From an uncultured Candidatus Rokubacteria bacterium (lineage in GTDB: Bacteria; Methylomirabilota; Methylomirabilia; Rokubacteriales; CSP1-6), in the NCBI GenBank assembly GCA_963789955.1, contig CAWBMV010000015.1, positions 160,001 to 224,000 of the forward strand: a DNA stretch of 64,000 bases. The letters run 5' to 3'. Below the pieces are notes generated by a model, which searched no databases, was not told where the DNA came from, and worked only from the letters and a program-made list of their open reading frames with translations. Both the position numbers and the translations under genes were made by a program. This document shows, in pieces, positions 61,150-64,000 of the stretch; positions within the stretch are counted from its first letter, which is position 1; each line of letters opens with the position of its first letter.

Positions 61150-61162
61150 TGGCGGCCGGACG

Positions 61163-62062
61163 ATGAGCGTCCGGGTCGCCGGAGTCGGCGATCCCGTGGT
61201 GCGCGCCGCCTCCGCGTCGCGCTTCCGGCGCGGCATCAACCGGATCGCGCGCCGCGATCGCCTGGCGATCGTCGCCGCGCTGGCCTTGCTCGCCGCGGTG
61301 CTCGTGGCGCTGCTCGCGCCCTGGCTCCCGCTGCTCGACCCGGACACCGTCGACACGCCGAATCGCTTGCGGCCGCCCCTGACCGCCGGTCATCGGCTCG
61401 GCACCGACGAGTTCGGACGCGATCTCCTGGCGCGTCTGGTCTGGGGCGCGCGCGTGTCCTTGCTCGCCGGCGTGGCCACCGCGGCGGCGGCGATGGTGAT
61501 CGGCGTGACCTTGGGGGTGCTGGGCGGCTTCTACACGGGATGGGTCGAGACCGTGGTGATGCGGCTCACCGACATCCTGATGGCGTTTCCGTACATCCTG
61601 CTGGCCATCGCGATCGTGGCGGGCCTCGGGCCGGGCCTGCGCAACGCGATGATCGCCATCGCGATCGTGGGGTTTCCGATCTACACGCGGCTCGTGCGCG
61701 GCGTCGTGCTCTCGCTGCGCGAGCGCGAGTTCGTCGAAGCGGCCCGAGCGCTCGGCGCGACCGATCCGCTCATCCTCGCGCGCCACATTCTGCCGCACCT
61801 GCTCTCGCCGCTGATCGTGGCCTTCAGCCTCGACGTGGGCGCGAAGATCCTCGCGACGGCCGGGCTGTCCTTTCTCGGACTCGGCACTCAACCGCCGACG
61901 GCGGACTGGGGCAGCATGCTCGCGACCGGCCGCCAGTTCGTCGTCCTGAGCCCCCACGTCGTGCTCCTGCCGGGTCTCGCGATCTTCGTCATCGTCCTGG
62001 CCCTCAACCTGGTCGGCGACGCCCTCCGCGACATCCTGGACCCCCGCACCCACACCCGCTGA
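61163..62062 (+). CDS. Peptide ABC transporter permease (DppC-like)
   Basis: LGTDEFGRDLLARL, EFVEAARALGA, LSFLGLG, GDALRDILDP. Confidence 0.94.
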   Translation: MSVRVAGVGDPVVRAASASRFRRGINRIARRDRLAIVAALALLAAVLVALLAPWLPLLDPDTVDTPNRLRPPLTAGHRLGTDEFGRDLLARLVWGARVSLLAGVATAAAAMVIGVTLGVLGGFYTGWVETVVMRLTDILMAFPYILLAIAIVAGLGPGLRNAMIAIAIVGFPIYTRLVRGVVLSLREREFVEAARALGATDPLILARHILPHLLSPLIVAFSLDVGAKILATAGLSFLGLGTQPPTADWGSMLATGRQFVVLSPHVVLLPGLAIFVIVLALNLVGDALRDILDPRTHTR

Positions 62063-62179
62063 CCCGGGAAGATCGCGACGAGACCGCGGATTCACTCCTA
62101 AGCCGATCTCGACGGAGAGGCGACGGACGCCGGGCCCGCGCTGTACTCGCGCGCCGTTGATATCGGCTCGACGGGAAGA

Positions 62180-62343
62180 CGGCGGCGCCGGGCGGGGTGC
62201 GGGAGGGGTCGAGCGGACCCGTTCCCGCGAAGCGCACGGCGGACGTCGCGCGCCGGGATGGAGCCCAGCCGCCGCGGAGCAGCGCACGCGCGCCGCGTGG
62301 TCCGTCCGACCCCTCCCGCACCGCATCCCGCCCGGCGCCGCCG
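62180..62343. repeat. Long imperfect inverted repeat (~40-bp arms), MITE/REP-like or bidirectional terminator
   Basis: Left cggcggcgccgggcggggtgcgggaggggtcgagcggacc; right ggtccgtccgacccctcccgcaccgcatcccgcccggcgccgccg; lies between convergent genes. Confidence 0.8.
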
Positions 62344-62362
62344 CCTCCCAGCGAATCGAAAT

Positions 62363-62760
62363 CTAAACTGCGACGGGAGAGTCCGAACGAGCGTAGCTGA
62401 CCGTCAAAATCTCCCAGAGATGTCCGTCAGCGTCTTCCCAGTAGACGTTCTTCCCGCCGAGCCGGCGATTGATCAGCATGTCGTTCTCGCCGCGCGGACG
62501 GCTCCGGTACGCGAGCCCGGCGCTCTGGATGCGGCCGAAGATCTCGTCGAAGTCGGTGTCGCTGACGCGGAAGCAGAGATGGTAGCGCTGGAACTGCTCG
62601 CGATCCGCGAAGTCGACGGTGAGCGATTCGTTGACGTAGACCGGCGTGAACTCCCCGCGTGACTCTCTCCCAGGCCACGCCGAGCAGATCGGCCAGGAGC
62701 TTCGCCGATGCGCGACCGCTGGCGCGAGGGCACGATGACGTGATCGAGCTGGATGGCCAT
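62363..62760 (-). CDS. VOC/glyoxalase family protein, frameshifted near 62670-62720
   Basis: MAIQLDHVIVP, HLCFRVSDTDFD, GGKNVYWEDADGHLWEILT. Confidence 0.85.
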
Positions 62761-62787
62761 GGTGCGACCTCCCGCGACGTTGGATCG

Positions 62788-64000
62788 TTACGGCTTCTTC
62801 AGCCGCATGTCCTCCCAGGGTGAAGTGAAGTAGAGCTGCGTGCTCAGGCCGACGCCGGGCTCTTCGACCCGCGGGCCGATCCCGTGCTAGCGTGGCCGGC
62901 TCGAAGATCCCGCCGTACATGACACGGTCGTACATCAGACGCTGGATCTGATGCAAGAGCGCCTCGCGCTTCTTGCGGTCACGCTCCTGCGCCTGCTGGC
63001 GGAACAGATCGTCGATGTCCGGTGGCCGCCGGTGGCGTAGGGCGCCGTGCTGATGACGAAGTTCTCGATCCGTGAGGCCGCGTTGCCCGGCGCCGCCGTG
63101 ACCGTGACGAACACGCCCTGACGGGTACGTCGTCCGCCACGCCTCCATGTACGTCGCGCGCTCCATGCGCGCACGCGCGCGCGGATGCCGATGGCCGCGA
63201 GGTAGTTCGCGATGCTTTCGCCCATAGTGACGAACGGAGGAAACGGCGTGATCTCACCGGCGTCGAAGCCGTTCGGATAGCCGGCTTCGACGAGGAGACG
63301 CTTGGCGTGGGTGGGATCGTAAGGGATAGGGCTCGATGCGCTGCGCGAAGTCCATCCCGCTCGGGATGATCGATCCGGTCAGGCGCGAGAAGCCGAGTCG
63401 CTCCGCTTCGTTGAGCCCCTGCTTGTCGACCGCCATCGCGGCGGCCAGCCGGACGCGACGATCGTGCCACGGCGACTTCGGATTGAATTGCTCCGGGAAG
63501 TCGACCCACCACGTCGCGGGCGGGATCACGCTCGCGAGACGAAGCTTCGGATCGGCCTTGATGGTCGCCGCCTCGACCCCGACCATCAAGTAGCCGATGT
63601 CCGCCTCGCCGGTCTTCAGCATGGCCAGGCGCGTCGTCCGGTCCGGCACGCCCTTTGAAGACGATCGTCTTGATCGTCGGCTTCTTGCGCCAGTACTGCT
63701 CGTTCGCCTCGAGCACCAGCTCGACGCCCGGCGTCTGGCGAACGAATCGATAGGGGCCGAGCCCGACGGGCTGGCGACGGAAGCCCTCCTCGCCGACCTT
63801 CTCGAGGTATTTCCGGGGCACGATCCAGCCGGCGCCGGTGGCGGGCGTCGCGTAGAACGTGAGGAAATCGGGCCACGGCTTGTCCAGGACGAACCGGACG
63901 CGCAGCGGATCGAGCACGTCGACCGACTTCACGCGATCGTGCAGGAGCTTCGCCGACGCGCCCTTGTAGCGCTGGAACGAGAACTTCACGTCTTCCGCGG
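62788..64000 (-). CDS. ABC transporter substrate-binding protein (family 5); N-terminus outside the window; several frameshifts
   Basis: AEDVKFSF, PVGLGPYRFV, DRRVRLAA...DK, WEDMRLKKP stop at 62788. Confidence 0.85.

Overview
A GC-rich (roughly 70% by eye), gene-dense bacterial chromosome segment with about 58 genes. Gene content (many ABC/solute-binding proteins, amidohydrolases, LLM, orphan kinases, [D/E]RR-motif proteins) suggests Ca. Rokubacteria/Methylomirabilota; this is inference only. About 19 genes carry single-base frameshifts, most likely long-read consensus errors. The main feature is a ~14 kb signalling locus (41.7-55.95 kb). It joins a type-IV-pilus-class (Pil/Chp-like) chemosensory core (PilH-like CheY, CheW, Tat-exported ligand-binding protein, PilJ-like MCP, ChpA-like CheA; no CheR/CheB) to an MglA small GTPase, MglB and about five more roadblock/LC7-like domains. 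These include a RomR-like receiver-roadblock fusion, a membrane-anchored roadblock scaffold and a TPR-roadblock protein, alongside a pseudo-receiver-DUF4388 protein. Other notable items: archaeal-type topoisomerase VI (top6B/top6A); a chlorite-dismutase-like heme protein translationally coupled to a cytochrome P450; three proteins sharing an unnamed Arg-rich domain; a serine hydrolase flanked by a duplicated dapL promoter/start; a DnaA-box cluster; palindromic operators; and REP/MITE-like repeats. I recognised no rRNA, tRNA, CRISPR array or transposase.
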